NCBI RefSeq assembly: GCF_963506605.1
Contig: NC_083276.1
Coordinates: 111,166,001 to 111,230,000, forward strand
Direction: 5' to 3'
DNA length: 64,000 nucleotides
Origin: Zootoca vivipara
Lineage: Eukaryota
Both the position numbers and the translations under genes were made by a program. The notes under the pieces are model-generated. The model searched no databases. It had not been told where the DNA came from and saw nothing but the letters and a program-made list of their open reading frames with translations. Each line of letters begins with the position of its first letter. Position 1 is the stretch's first letter. Below are positions 49,252-62,311 of this stretch, piece after piece.

Positions 49252-49975
49252 CCCAATAAATAAAGACACAATTGACACAAAATTTAGTTTAAGGTTATTG
49301 GCATAATTTTGGCCACAACTTTATTGATAACAGATCACGAGTGGTTTGCTTAGGCATTGGTTCCCGACTAGCTGCCCCTGACCTCAGCAGGGCAGCAAAG
49401 ATGCCTGGACTCCGGCAGACGTCAGTAAGGGAAAACATCCTGGGGGAGCATTGGACCAGGTTCTGACTCAAGCTCACCTCAAATGCTCACAGGGGCTCTG
49501 GCGTGGCTCTAACCCCTGGAAGGGGATCGGACAAAAGCAAGGCGAGCCCCTGGATTCCTTTAACGGAATACCCTAGCATTGGAGGGGCAGGCACAGCCTA
49601 TCCACATCCCCTCCACCACAATTGAACCAATGCCTAACCGCCAAACCTTACAAAGTTCTGGCGATTTGCTATGCGGCAGGCGAAACCCAAGTGGCACCAG
49701 CCAATCAGCCAAATGGGAAAATTCCTACCAGGCCCCTGTCCCAAGAACAGATGACCCACGACAGCATAGCAAGGTCACAATGAACCCTAAATATAGGAAG
49801 GGTGGGTGGGTGATCCGATGCACGAGGAAAAAAGAGGATGCTCAACGCAACATGGAGCAGTATATATGTGTCCCTTGGTTAATGCATGAAACGATCCCAT
49901 TGGCCAGATTTACACCAGCAACCGAGGGACCACCAATCGGGTTGTTGTGGCTATCCAACCGCTCCCATCCACAAC
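49252..49975 (-). mobile_element. DIRS/Ngaro-like non-coding element, copy 1
   Basis: aataaagttgtggcc on -; no TG..CA ends or TSD; homologous to 58008-58750; family assignment is inference. Confidence 0.5.
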
Positions 49976-51079
49976 AGCAGCAGTGAGGTCAGTCTTGATT
50001 ATCTCACCGTAATGCATGCTCTCTGGGAGGAGGACACTATTTACAAGAGAACGAGGGAACTACAGTTTAGTGACTTGGTGGAATCCCGTCGTTGACAATG
50101 CAAACGTATGAATTGGCACTTTCAGCCCATCTGTAACATTCTTTCCAGATGAGCTCAAGAGATTTCTTTGAGAATTTTTTCCAGGCCTCTAAAATCCCAC
50201 TGTGGAGTGCTGAAACAGCCATATCCTAAATTCAGACATGTGGCACAATTTGCTTTATACTGTAAGGTGCTGTAGCAATGGATCATATGTCCCGCAGGGG
50301 AAAATATTTATTTTCCTTCCTGAAATATGAAGTAATAAGTATGAAACAAGTAACATAGTGTGTTTGTGTGTAGAATCTACACACGCACACACCAGTTATT
50401 TTGTGTTCCAATAACATATCCTATTGCTTCTGTTCCTGATTCAGCACTTCTGCAGGTGATTGTTTACACTAAGAATAGATGTGTAATATTTGAGTGGGGG
50501 GGGGGTAATCATTGCTGTCCCTCATTAAGGAAAGACTTGGATGTACTGGTTCGGGGAGGGGGGGGGTTCTCTTTAATGTATGTAAAATTGTAAAACAAAA
50601 CAAAAATAAAGGATAAAGGAAGGGTAAAGTTTAATTGCTCACTGATGCAGAGCTCAGCCTATTGATTGGAGAAGAAAGGAAGAGAGTCACTCCCTTGATC
50701 AGGATTAGGTCAAGCTTTGAAGTGCAAAAGGATTGTATGTAACCTACATTTTTGGAATGCGTTAGTTACGCATCCCACTTGCTTTCGTTTAGCAATGCAA
50801 GTGAGACAAAATAGGCAAAGTGCATTAAAAAACACCAGGAGGCTTATTCACACAAATTGCCTGCTTATTTTCTCCCCATGACTCCTGCCCTTATGGAGAG
50901 AGGGTCACGTGGAAAAGGCTCTCAAGAGCCATTTGTATGAACACAGCAGGAAAACAAGCTGTGACAATGTGGCTGCTTGGAGGATGTATTCATAAAGAAT
51001 TCTATGCTGCAATCCTATGATTCCCAGGAGGGCATCCCAGGGGCCAGAGGACTGAGCACGGAGATCTCTGAGCATGGAG

Positions 51080-51264
51080 AAGGAGTGTCAACTTGAATAA
51101 AATATGGGGGGGTGCAGGTAAGCCCCGTCCTGCATAATCAATCACATTGATGGTTTGCACACACCATTTGAGTGGCAATGGCCATCAACTTTGTGGGGGC
51201 AGGCCCCCTCAATTTTTTTGGGGGGGGGTGCAGACCCCTCGGCCCCAAGGAGTTTGCTCCTATG
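51080..51264. mobile_element. hAT-like element
   Basis: Ends ...gctcctatg; flanking (g/c)catggag duplication; relative at ~52938-53125. Confidence 0.55.
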
Positions 51265-52571
51265 CCATGGAGAAGAAGGTTGCTAAGTGGGGAGGGTGGG
51301 ATTCCAACGACTGAGCATCTGCTTTGCATGTAGAAGGTTGCCCTCCCCTTCTCATGTTGCCCCACTCAGCATGCTGTAACTGAGCATGCCCACTTGCCCT
51401 TAAGGAAGATGGCGGCTGGGGATTCATCCCTGCAACCCAACGCAAGATCAGGAGCAGAGCGGAAATTCTGTATATTTCTTTGGATTGAATTTACACAGAT
51501 TTGTCTCATCCTGCCTAGTGATGTGAGGCCTTTCGGATTGTTCAGAAACAATGAATGAAAGAGGCTGCTTTAAATGTGTGCACCTGACATTTAAACCTGT
51601 AGAAAGAGAACAGAAGCCTTGCAAAAAATGTGATTGTACATATTAAAATAATAATAATCTGTCAGTGCTCGTGACATCAAGACCAGTGAAGGAGCCTCAG
51701 ATCTCTATGTGAGCACAATTACAGCTACCGGTACATATCAGCAAATTCAGCACACCGTTGTGTTTTACATGCATCTATGCTTGTGTCTATGGCGCAATAG
51801 TACATTTTTTACATAGTATATGTATGCCTGAATATATCTTGGTGAGATTTCTTGCTTTCTTTTAAAAAGCCTTTGCCATTGATCCCAAATCAGACCACCT
51901 GTAGTCTAGGAACAAAGTCAACAAGTTCACCACCCTGGTAGAACAAATTCTCTAGCTTCTAGGGGGATAAGCATATGAAGGCTCAGTAGCTGAGGATGGA
52001 GAGAATAAACAAAATACACATGTAAATCAAAGCATATTCACAACCTTCCCATGCCAAGATGCTTACGTAGAATAAACAATATAGCTAACCAAGGATGCTA
52101 GATGAAATCAACTGGGACTCTATGGTGAACAGCCGTAATTCAGTTGCATTGTGCCTGCTTTGAAAGGAGAAGGTCCCAAGTTCATTCCCAGGCATCTTCT
52201 GAAACCCTGGAGAGTCACTGCCTGCCAATGTAGGCAATACTGACTTAAATGGACTCTGCATCCTCTTCTCCTGTAAATCATTTGTATCAGTGAAGGCCGG
52301 TTTCTGTAACCTTAAGTGGCCCAGGGACTGGGAGTAGCTGACCAAGGTCCTACTTTACAAGAATACACTCCTTTATTTGAAGGACTGTTCAGTATAAACA
52401 CAGGTTAAAGACTGGAACCATAAGAAGGGAGAGCTGGGTAGATTAGATACTACAAATCTACCTTGTTTTGTTTTTGTATAACTCCTAAGAATATTTAGGA
52501 GAATTATAAATGAAAATCACCACAAGACCTTGTAAAGCCAGTCAATAGTGGTTGGTTAGTGGGGGAAAGGA

Positions 52572-52918
52572 GGGACCCAGGTGGCGCTGTGGGTTAAACC
52601 ACAGAGCCTAGGGCTTGCTGATCAGAAGGTCAGCGGTTTGAATCCCTGTGACGGGGTGAGCTCCCATTGCTCGGTCCCACCTCCTGCCAACCTAGCAGTT
52701 CGAAAGCACGTCAAAGTGCAAGTAGATAAATAGGAACCTGTAGTGGAAAGGTAAACAGTGTTTCCGTGTGCTGCTCTGGTTCGCCAGAAGCGGCTTTGTC
52801 ATGCTGGCCACATGACCTGGAAGCTATACACCGGCTCCCTCGGCCAATAATGCGAGATGAGCGCGCAACCCCAGAGTCGGTCACGACTGGACCTAATGGT
52901 CAGGGGTCCCTTTACCTT
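52572..52918 (+). mobile_element. Sauria SINE, full length
   Basis: 13-bp TSD ttagtgggggaaa (52556-52568, 52919-52931). Confidence 0.95.
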
Positions 52919-54654
52919 TTAGTGGGGGAAATATGGCAGAGGCGCCAGCTTCTCAAGATGATTGAGGGGGCCTGATGTGGTGTTCTGACGTTGTGTGCAC
53001 AACGTTGTAAGGAGCCAGTGGGTAGAGCTGAACACCCCCTGAATATTGAGGGGGCCCAGCCACCGAAAAAAGACACAAATGGGGGTGGGTGAAAGTTCCT
53101 CAGCCCCTAGGAGCTGGTGCCTATGATGGCAAGTCAGTGTCCTATGTCATGAAATACATTGGCTGTATTAATTTGGGCTGTGTTGAATTTTACATGCTTG
53201 TTCTTTCATCACAGCACATCATATCAGTATTCAGATTTCATCAGACTTGAGGAGATTAACCATGTGGATAGGCTGAAAGATGAGCCTTATAGGAGTACAT
53301 GAACTCTCCAGCCTTCAAAGGCCAAGACTGTTCCCAGACAAGTGCCCTGTAATTGACTTAGAAGGTCATCTGTATTGAGCTTGGCAGAAAAAGTCTTATA
53401 GTGATGCCTTTTATTTCCTAGTGGAACAGATATTCTGCTTTGCAGAACAACCCCGTACAGAGATAGTGAACCAATTATGGAGGGAAAATTACAACTATAA
53501 GGGTCAGCTCTCTCCCTCTCCCCCCCCCCCCGCTCAAATCACCATCTGCAATATATGTACAGTAAAATTAAAATCCCTTTCAAACCTAGCTGGATTGGGA
53601 GGAAAAGCTATTTCTCTTGCTCCATCACACTGGTCTATGAGACAAATGTAACACAGAAGACACAAATCACTCAGGGTAATATCATTGGCTGTGTTGTCAC
53701 AATCAAATCCTGCATTCATAAGCCAGGATATGTGCAATTTCTGTGCACTGGGAAACTATGGTTAATGTCTCTTAAATAGGTTTTATGTACAAAACTTGGC
53801 TTATTTGGAAGTCATTAACCATAGTTTCCTGGTAGCAAGCAATGGGAAACTCTTGTTAACTGCAACTTCCTGGCCTCTTTCCCGACTTGCACAAAGGAAA
53901 GGAGTTGAGTGGGAATGAAGGGGCTGCATGGGTCTCGTGCATATCCTCATTTCCCGAACCCAGGCTAATCACATAAGAGAAATTGCTCCACATAAGGAGG
54001 TGTTTCTGCCACTAAGCTACATGCCATAGAAGCTGAACTGGCTCCAAATCGGCTTCTTACTGCAATAGCTGAAATAAGCTGAAGTGTATTGAAAAGTTTT
54101 TCCACGTACAACAGCATCATGAACCAAGGAAAGATGAAAAGGAGAAAATGAAGGGTGTTTTTTGTTTATTTAAATACACTGCTGCAAAAACAGACAAAAG
54201 TTGTAATGTTGTCAGCACTTTGTTATGGTTGTTAAACAACATACTCTCCCCCACCCTAGAATCAGTCCTCCCAGTCCAACACCATTATATAATAAAGCTG
54301 GTGGGCGGGAGAGAAACACATGGGAAAATAATATTAAAAGCATTCTGGCATTAGGAGGAGCGAATGTGTTGGTATATAAGATGACTGAAGAAGAGTTTCC
54401 GTGAAAAAATTTCTTCTTTTTATTCTGCCAACAATCAAATCTTGCTCATGATTCTGGGAACTATGTAACTAATGAATGAGGGCCAAGACCTTCCTTGAGC
54501 AACACCCAGCACTAAGCAATGGCTAGTTTGGTTGTTAAGAACATAAGAAAAACCCATTCATCCACGACAGGGGCTCATCTACTCCAGAATCCTGTTCTCA
54601 TAGAGGTCAAACAGATGCCTTTGGGAAACACTGAAGTAGAATATGAACATAATG

Positions 54655-54861
54655 GAGCAGCGCACGGAAACGCTGTTTACCTTCCCGCTGTAGCAGTACC
54701 TATTTATCTCCTTGCAGTTTAACGTGCTTTCGAACTGCTAGGTTGGCAGGAGCTGGGACCGAGCAACGGGAGCTCACCCCGTTGCGGGGATTTGAACTGC
54801 CGACCTTCTGATCGGCAAGCCCTAGGCTCAATGGTTTAACCCACAGCGCCACCTGCGTCCC
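54655..54861 (-). mobile_element. Sauria SINE, 5' half
   Basis: ...cccacagcgccacctgcgtccc head on the - strand. Confidence 0.88.
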
Positions 54862-56924
54862 TTATGGAACTCCTTACTGCAAGGAAAATGATGTGGCAAA
54901 TAATTTAGCAATTTCAAAGGTGGATTGGTAATTGTCAGCTGATCATGCCAAATTCTGCCTGTCTGCCACCATGTTGTGATTCTCTGTCATCTAAAGTGGG
55001 CCCTAGGGTTAGAAAGTTTGAAAACCAGACCTTGCCTGAGCCAGTTTTCAATATTTGTTTCGCAAATATTTGTGTGTCTTTGTTTTATATACTTGCACAT
55101 TACCTAGAAGCCTACTTTGGCATTAAGCAGTAAGAATAAATAAATAACACCAACAGCATTACATAAGTTTGCATGCATTCTGTCTAATGGTTGTGATGGT
55201 AGAAAATGTAGCGTTTATTTCCCAAATATTAGACCCACCTTCTTTGTCTATTGCCACTTTCAAGTCATTTTAGCTACTTCTTTTTTATTTTTAGCTTGTT
55301 ACTAAGGAACTGCTGCCAAACATATCAAATGTGATAAACTGTGCAAAACAGGGACTGTCACAACTCATTCATTTTCTCCTCGTGCTTGATATCAGTTCTG
55401 AGTGCTATAACCCTGAACTATTTTCAGCCATCCAAGGGCAACTGCCCTTTGAGATTTCTCCCTTACATGATCTATCAGCAATGAGGTCCTCAAACGAAGT
55501 TTCATAAGCAACGTAGGCAGATGACCATATGTCTTTATATATTTTACAAAGCATAAGCACTTCCTGGGCCTCGGTAACAAACATTACTAGTCTGCAATGG
55601 TGGCTTGAGCACCTGCTTTCAGATGAATTACTGGTCTCTCCTGATTTCATGAAAAACAGTTTTTCTCTTGGTATTGTAGTAATAATGAGGGCTGGCAGCC
55701 ATGTTGAATTATAATAAAAAAAGGCATGAGCGCTGAGGGGGTTCAGCAAGAACGTTCACTGTACAGAGTCTTCTATCTATCAGACTATCTCCAGTGGGGA
55801 TCCCTTGGCAGAAACACACAGGAGCGTGAAAGTCTCAGAGCTGTGAATTATTAGTTCCTGTCACAAAGTCTGAAAGACGCTCCCGTGGGGGCTAAGGCAA
55901 CTCTGATAAAAATGCTAATTCATTGTAGCTTTCTATGTGGTGAACGCCAAGGAAGGCTGGTTAAAAAACCCCACACAGAAGCCCCGTCAGGACCAAAGTG
56001 TTAAGGTATCCGTAAGCCACCAGGCAACACAACCTGTGTTGCTGCTGAAGTAGAAAGAGAGGGGTGGTCTGCCTCACTTGTGATTTGATCCCATAAATAT
56101 TTTAAGCTAGGGTGTGGAATACATTATTAAAATAGCTTCAGGGGCAGGGAGATTTCGGCATGCTAAGAAAGATAACCATTTATTATTGACCTTTTTAAAA
56201 TAAATAAAAAAGCACACTGATTTTTAAAGCACTGTGCGGAGAGGCAGTTGTGTTTACAGATTTATTTATTTTTTATGTAATGTCCCAGTCAGTGGAAGCT
56301 ATCCAGTTGTTGCCTGCCATTTTGGTTCTGAAAGAATACTTTTTTTTTTTGCTGTACCACCACAGCAATTATAAATAGGGATTGAAAACTATGTTTCTTT
56401 CTAGTTTAGATCATTTTCTCATGTGCTCACTGATAAGTATTTCAGGCCTGTTTTTTCTAGTAATCTGTTATTTACCCCCCCCACCTATTTCCAAAATGTG
56501 GTCTGGTCTTTTTTAAAAATCCTCAGCATAGTCCTATAACTTTCCTCTCTCAGGTCCCAGAGAGAGTTCCTATGCAAACAACCTGCTTGTTCAACATGCT
56601 AAGCTGGGTTCTATTGGCTCCAATGGGCTTTGTCTTGTGCTGAGATGTGGTGATGAGTAATCAATGAGCCTTAAACACTCAAATGAAAATCACCATCCTC
56701 TCCTGCCGCATTTAACTAGACTTAAACCTCCTCTCTAATGCCAACCTCTCTTTGCAAAATGGAAACCTCTACATATGTTTAAAATACAGTGCATATAAAA
56801 ATTACATTTTATGCACACTCATGTTATATCTTTATCAGTTAACATTCTACTGACACAAAAAGATAGGGGTTGTGGGCGCAGGTGCAATGAAGCCACTGGC
56901 AGTGGGCTGAGGCATGGAGAAATT

Positions 56925-57560
56925 GCAATAAACACAAGACAACCACTTGGGATTTAAACAGGTCACAAATTTATCAATTACAGATATAAGCAGGTTTTGG
57001 TACAGTCATTGGGTGTGTATTCTGAATAAACCAACCCAGCGGCTGGTAAATTATTTGGCAGGATTTATCATAAGGATGGCCCTGTGGCATACATTACATT
57101 GGAGTGAGTTACCCACCCGAGATCACCATTTTGGAGGTGTTATGGCCTGCCAACCCCCATCTGGTTGTCTGGACTGAAACACCTCTCCCTGGATTCCTTT
57201 AATGTTCCCAGTGCCTTGTCTACCTAGACTAATGGTTTAGCTGATGTCAAGTTGTGACAATTGCTAGGAGGTAGGCAAAACATGCATACAGGCCCAATTT
57301 GTCTGAAGGCAGATTCTTCCCTGGCCCCGAATATGGTGACCAAAGACTTCCATAACACAATCTTACACAGGGCTTGCCAATTACCCTTGGGCAGAGGGAT
57401 TGGGAGCCAACTTCCTATCCAGTGTTGGGTGGGTGGAGCATCCAGCACTAACTGAGACTGGGGGCTGGGTGCAGCTGGCTTTTATAGCCAGGGAGTGGAA
57501 GAAGTAGAAGTTTCCCCTCTGGTCCACTGCACCCCCAAGCTCATCCACAATTGACTTCAG
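56925..57560 (-). mobile_element. Older DIRS-like relative
   Basis: aataaacacaagac..ggtcacaaatttat and ggattcctttaa motif shared with 49252 and 58008; boundaries approximate. Confidence 0.35.
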
Positions 57561-57859
57561 CCATGAGTCAGTCCCAGCAGCCAGAGTGGCCAGCGGAGGA
57601 AGAATTAATGTCCTCCAGATCTGTAGACTGGATTACCCCGACAGCTCATCAGACTGCAACCACCATTGCCCTCCAGGTGGTAGGTAAGCAGTTATTTTGA
57701 CATACAACCTTAAATATGCTGTACATATAGAGAAATGTCATTTGAAAGGAATAAGCATTGGATAAAAATATATTGCATGTGTAATCTTTATGTATAGTAA
57801 TTTTTATCATTACTCTAGTCCAAGGTCCTTTTATCATCTCTTTTCTTTACAGATAAGAC

Positions 57860-57995
57860 CAGGCATCCCCAAACTTCGGCCCTCCAGATGTTTTGGACTA
57901 CAATTCCCATCATCCCTGAACACTGATCCTCTTAGCTAGGGATCATGGGAGTTGTAGGCCAAAACATCTGGAGGGCCACAGTTTGGGGATGCCTG
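57860..57995. mobile_element. 136-bp palindromic hAT MITE
   Basis: TSD gataagac. Confidence 0.93.
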
Positions 57996-58007
57996 GATAA
58001 GACTATA

Positions 58008-58750
58008 CCTAATAAAGACAATTTGCGTGACCACACCACACACAAAATTTGGGTTTTGACATTAATTTGGCCACAACTTTATTCAAATACAATTAAATGT
58101 GAGTGTTGGCTTAGGCATTGGTTAATCCATCTGTCCCCCGCCTGGGACAGATCAGCTCCAACTTCCCTAGCCGTATAGGGAAGTCAAGTAAACACCCCAT
58201 AGGAGAGGAGGTAGCTGTGTCCAGGCACTCTCCCCTTGACCAGAAATGCTCCCCAAGGCTCGTGCTCTGTAATGGCCCCAGCCCCGCCCATTGCGGGGGT
58301 GTATGGACTAGAGCCCCAGAGCCCCAGGATTCCTTTAACGGAATACTTCTATGTGGAGCAGCATTTTAATGAGGGGTAGGCACCTCCATGCCAAACCCCT
58401 CCACCAACCAGAATTATTAAAAAATGCCTAACCGCCAACCTAACAAGTTGTGACGATTTGCTAAGCAGTAGGCAAAAACCAATGGCAGCAGCCAATCAGC
58501 CAAATGGCAAAATTCCTACTGGGCCCTTGCAAAGCAAGCGACCCCATGAATGGCAAAGCAATGTTGGGCTAAACCATTAGAAAAAGGAGGTGGGCGGAAG
58601 GGAGATCCGAAGCACTTTGCAAAAGTGAAACTAACTGCTGGACGCTGAGGTTTTAAGGGTCAGTTCCTGTCAATAAAAAATCGCTACATGCTTTTTACCC
58701 CAGCAACCCAGAAGGGACCTATCACGCTCACTCCCTCTCCTCCAACACCA
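58008..58750 (-). mobile_element. DIRS/Ngaro-like non-coding element, copy 2
   Basis: Shares ttggccacaactttatt, ttaggcattggtt, ggattcctttaacggaatac and cagccaatcagccaaatgg..aaattccta with 49252. Confidence 0.5.
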
Positions 58751-58854
58751 CCCCCAACCCTGGAGATGTCTTTTTAACCCTTCTGCAACCTGATTGGAGA
58801 ACGCGCTTTATCCTATTCATGTATACTATTACAGTGTATTCCCTTTTGCTGCCC

Positions 58855-58936
58855 AAACAAGAGACTTGTGGCACCTTAAAGACTAACAAATTTATTATGC
58901 TGTAAACATGCACAGACTTAGAGGCCCACTTCATCA
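58855..58936 (-). mobile_element. Degenerate Penelope-like terminal fragment
   Basis: tgtggcaccttaaagactaacaaatttatt...cccacttcatca. Confidence 0.55.
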
Positions 58937-60053
58937 CCACAAGTGGGAAGCATTCTCCCAAATTGGCAGGCATATGGTTGCGGTTGCGGTGATAGGGATT
59001 GTAAGCAGCGAGGTTGGAGGGAAATAAAATTCAGAAAATGCAGGCTGTGACAATTGCGTTACTTATATTTTATGGAGTGGTTTGAAGGCTGCTTTTTAAC
59101 CTTTTCCCTCTTTCTTTAACAGGTTCTTGCAGCTTGGAACAGCTAGAAAGTACAGCAGCGGCTGAGGCACATCTTGCAAATAGGGTTGCAAAGCCCCTGG
59201 GGGAATGGTATGTGCCAATTTAGTGTCTCCTATTAACTTTCCATGGAGAAGAAGAGGGGGGGGGAAAAGAGCTGGCTGAGCCCATCTACCTACCCATTGT
59301 GGTAGCCATCTTTTTTCTGTATAATGCATAATTTGGGAGGAATGCAGATAATGGAATGGGCTATATTTTGATGCACAGCTTGATTTGGATCAGCTGGCTT
59401 TGCTCTGGAATGCAGACTCCCCCCCCCCCAAAAAAATAATCCTAAACTTGCTTACACATGATTGTACTTTTATGGTGGTACATATCCTTGGCAAGCCTCT
59501 TTGTGCCTTATCCTACCCCTACAACTACCAGAGAGGCATCAAATTCTCCAGCCGAAAGGGTAGCAAATGAGAAATGTTAGGCTGGGAGCTCTCTTGGGAA
59601 ATACCTTCAGAGAAGTCGAAAGGCAGAGGGATCAACTGGGATCAGAGCTTTAAATGCTCCTTGATGTGATTTGAGGTACGAGATCAAAAAAAGAGAATTG
59701 TTAAAAGTTTAAAGTGCTAAATTTGCTCGGTCTTGGCGAGAGCAGTCAGGGTGCACTGCCAGCAAAAGTCTGGCACAAGAAGCTCTACTGAAGGCTGTCT
59801 GCCATGGAGGGCAGAAGAGAGCTGTTTACATATAGATTCCCTTTCTGGCTAGAATTTGTTTCTGAGTGTACAGTACATACTAATGTAGCTGGCACGACAA
59901 GAAGCAAATCAAACTAAGCAAATGCTAAAGTGAAAAAGAGCTGTTGGAGATTTCTCATCCAAGTGGAAGGCATTCCGAATCAGGGCTGCCTTCCGATGTT
60001 TTCTAAGGGCTATAGAGTTACTTATCGCCTTGGCTTAGGGTTTGCATCGCTTA

Positions 60054-60190
60054 GTACCTTCCAACATTTCTCTGATGGAAATAGGGGTGTCTTAAGGAAA
60101 AGCGGGACATTCCAGGATCAAATCAGAAACCGGGATGGTTTCTGTAAATCCAGGACTAGCCCTGGAAAATAGGGATACTTAGAGGGTCTG
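60054..60190. mobile_element. hAT-like MITE (degenerate)
   Basis: gtaccttccaac...ttagagggtctg ends with internal ggga(c/t) repeats. Confidence 0.5.
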
Positions 60191-61217
60191 AGAGAGGGGT
60201 TTCAGTGTTTGAAGGAACTAGCCTGGTGTACAAAGGATAAATTTACACTTGTTGGTCTGTTGACTTTTGCCTTTGGCCCTGACTACTACTGGAATGTGGC
60301 CCTCGGAAGATTGCCAAGAAAGGAATCTGGCCCTCCATCTGAGAAATGTCTCCCACCATTGCTCTGTGTGTAAGGGAGGGACACATAAGCCTAAAGCTGC
60401 ATGAGAGGGTACATTCTTGCGCTGGGGATAAACTGGGCCCGATGTAAGACTATTTGAATTTTTGTTTGTCTTGACTGATAGGAATTCAGGCTAAAATCCA
60501 ACACTTGTTAGGGGAGTCAGCAAAACTGGACACAACTGAATTCATCTCTGAGTAAGCATGTATAAAGCCACAAGGTCAGTGTGTGATTTCAAATAAGTGC
60601 ATCCTTTTATAGAGCTCCCATTTTAGAAGGAAAAACAGAAAACAACTTCCCCCCCTTCCAGCCAAGCAGACACTGAGCTCTGAACCTCAAGGCTCAAAAT
60701 AGAATCTGTTGTGGAAGAAGGAAGAGCATTGTAGCAGTGCTCCAGTTTTTCTAATTAATTTGAAATGAGAAATCAAATAGTTTGTGCCTATTGGGTATGA
60801 ATAATTTTACTGCGTACATTTATGATCAATTAAATTAAACAACTTTCAAATCAAAATGGCATAAATTATCTGTAATGGAATATTAAACTAATGATTTATT
60901 GGCAAGGCATCACTAATACATATGCTATTATAGATTTGCATGCTGTGTAAGGGTATATCTCATCATGAACCGTGCTATCCTTTGACTTTTTAATGAAGAT
61001 GCTTTTAATATCATTATGATTGCTACTCAACTTTTTTTGTTATTTCCTAGATGTCAAATGCTTTTAAATAAGAGACTCTTGCCTCACTTTCTAAAAATTA
61101 ACTATGCTATTTTTATGTTGTGCTAATGCTGACACAGGGGGTGCCTGAGGTCAGTGGTGTGTGGTCAGTGGACTAGCAAGACCAGTCCTGGTAATTTAGA
61201 GCGTTAAAGTATTAGAG

Positions 61218-61883
61218 CAGGGGTTCCCAACAAAATTTTCTCGAGGACCCCTCATCAAGCCGCTATTGTGACAAGGACCCCCATTAATTCCTAATCCTAA
61301 AATTAAAAAGTGAGAGCCAAATTAAGAGTCTTTTTATATTTTATATTTATACGTTTTTTACAGTTACAACAGAGTACTCCATCAGTATACAGTTAGTTTT
61401 AATTTTCAGTTCTTAATGAAATGAACCACTTTTTAACCAACGGTCCATTTTTAACTACGCAAACTGTAGCTTCCGCGAAAAACAACGCTTTGTTTACAAA
61501 CACTACTGTTTTGCAAAGAGGCAGCGCGCGCCAGGGAGGAGGGAGGGGAATGGAGAAGACAGGGTACCTGCGCAGTAGTGCACAAATGAAGCCGACGTGC
61601 GCAAAGCATCTTGGGGAGGTGAGCGTTAGTAGAATGCGTGTGCTGCCTATTTGCAAAACAGTAGTGTTTGTAAAGCGCCACCTAACAGCATACAGCAGAA
61701 CTACTGCCTCTATCTAATTCTAGTTTTGTGCTAGACTCTGCTCATGCAGGAAGCGGCCAAAACAAAAAATCTGTTATACGAAATATATTTAATATATTTT
61801 TTATTCTAATAGCATCTTGCGGACCCCTCTGGCATAGCTCGCGGACCCCTGGGGGTCCCCGGACCACCTGTTGGGAACCACTG
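61218..61883. mobile_element. hAT non-autonomous element with internal inverted repeat
   Basis: TIR caggggttcccaaca / tgttgggaaccactg; imperfect flanking ttagag duplication. Confidence 0.85.
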
Positions 61884-61892
61884 TTTAGAGTA

Positions 61893-62311
61893 TTAAATAA
61901 TAATAATAATAAATCTATTTGTACCCCGCCCATCTGGCTGGGTTTCCCCAGCCACTCTGGGCAGCTTCCAACAAAGATTTAAAATACATTAAAATGTTAC
62001 ACATTAAAAACTTCCCCGAACAGGGCTGCCTTCAGATGTCTTCTAAATGTCAGGTAGTGATTTATCTCTTTGACGTCTGATGGGAGGGCGTTCCACAGGG
62101 CGGGTGCCACTACCGAGAAGGCCCTCTGCCTGGTTCCCTGGAACTTGGCTTCACGCAACGAGGGAACCGCCAGAAGGCCCTCGGCGCTGGACCTCAGTGT
62201 CCGGGCAGAATGATGGGGGTGGAGATGCTCCTTCAGGTATGCTGGGCCGAGGGCGTTTAGGACTTTAAAGGTCAACACCAACACTTTGAATTGTGCTCAG
62301 AAACGTACTGG
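61893..62311 (-). mobile_element. L2 LINE 3' end
   Basis: Same ORF2 C-terminus and tail as 39581-39918, inverted. Confidence 0.9.

Noticed and set aside
53534-53737. Possible further CIROZ-like exon (DFNFTV)
   Set aside because: Only a 3-residue pattern match and a weak donor; indistinguishable from chance without alignment
3706-57995. Recurrent palindromic repeats as a CRISPR-like array
   Set aside because: Dispersed, 136 bp, each with TIRs and 8-bp TSDs: eukaryotic MITEs
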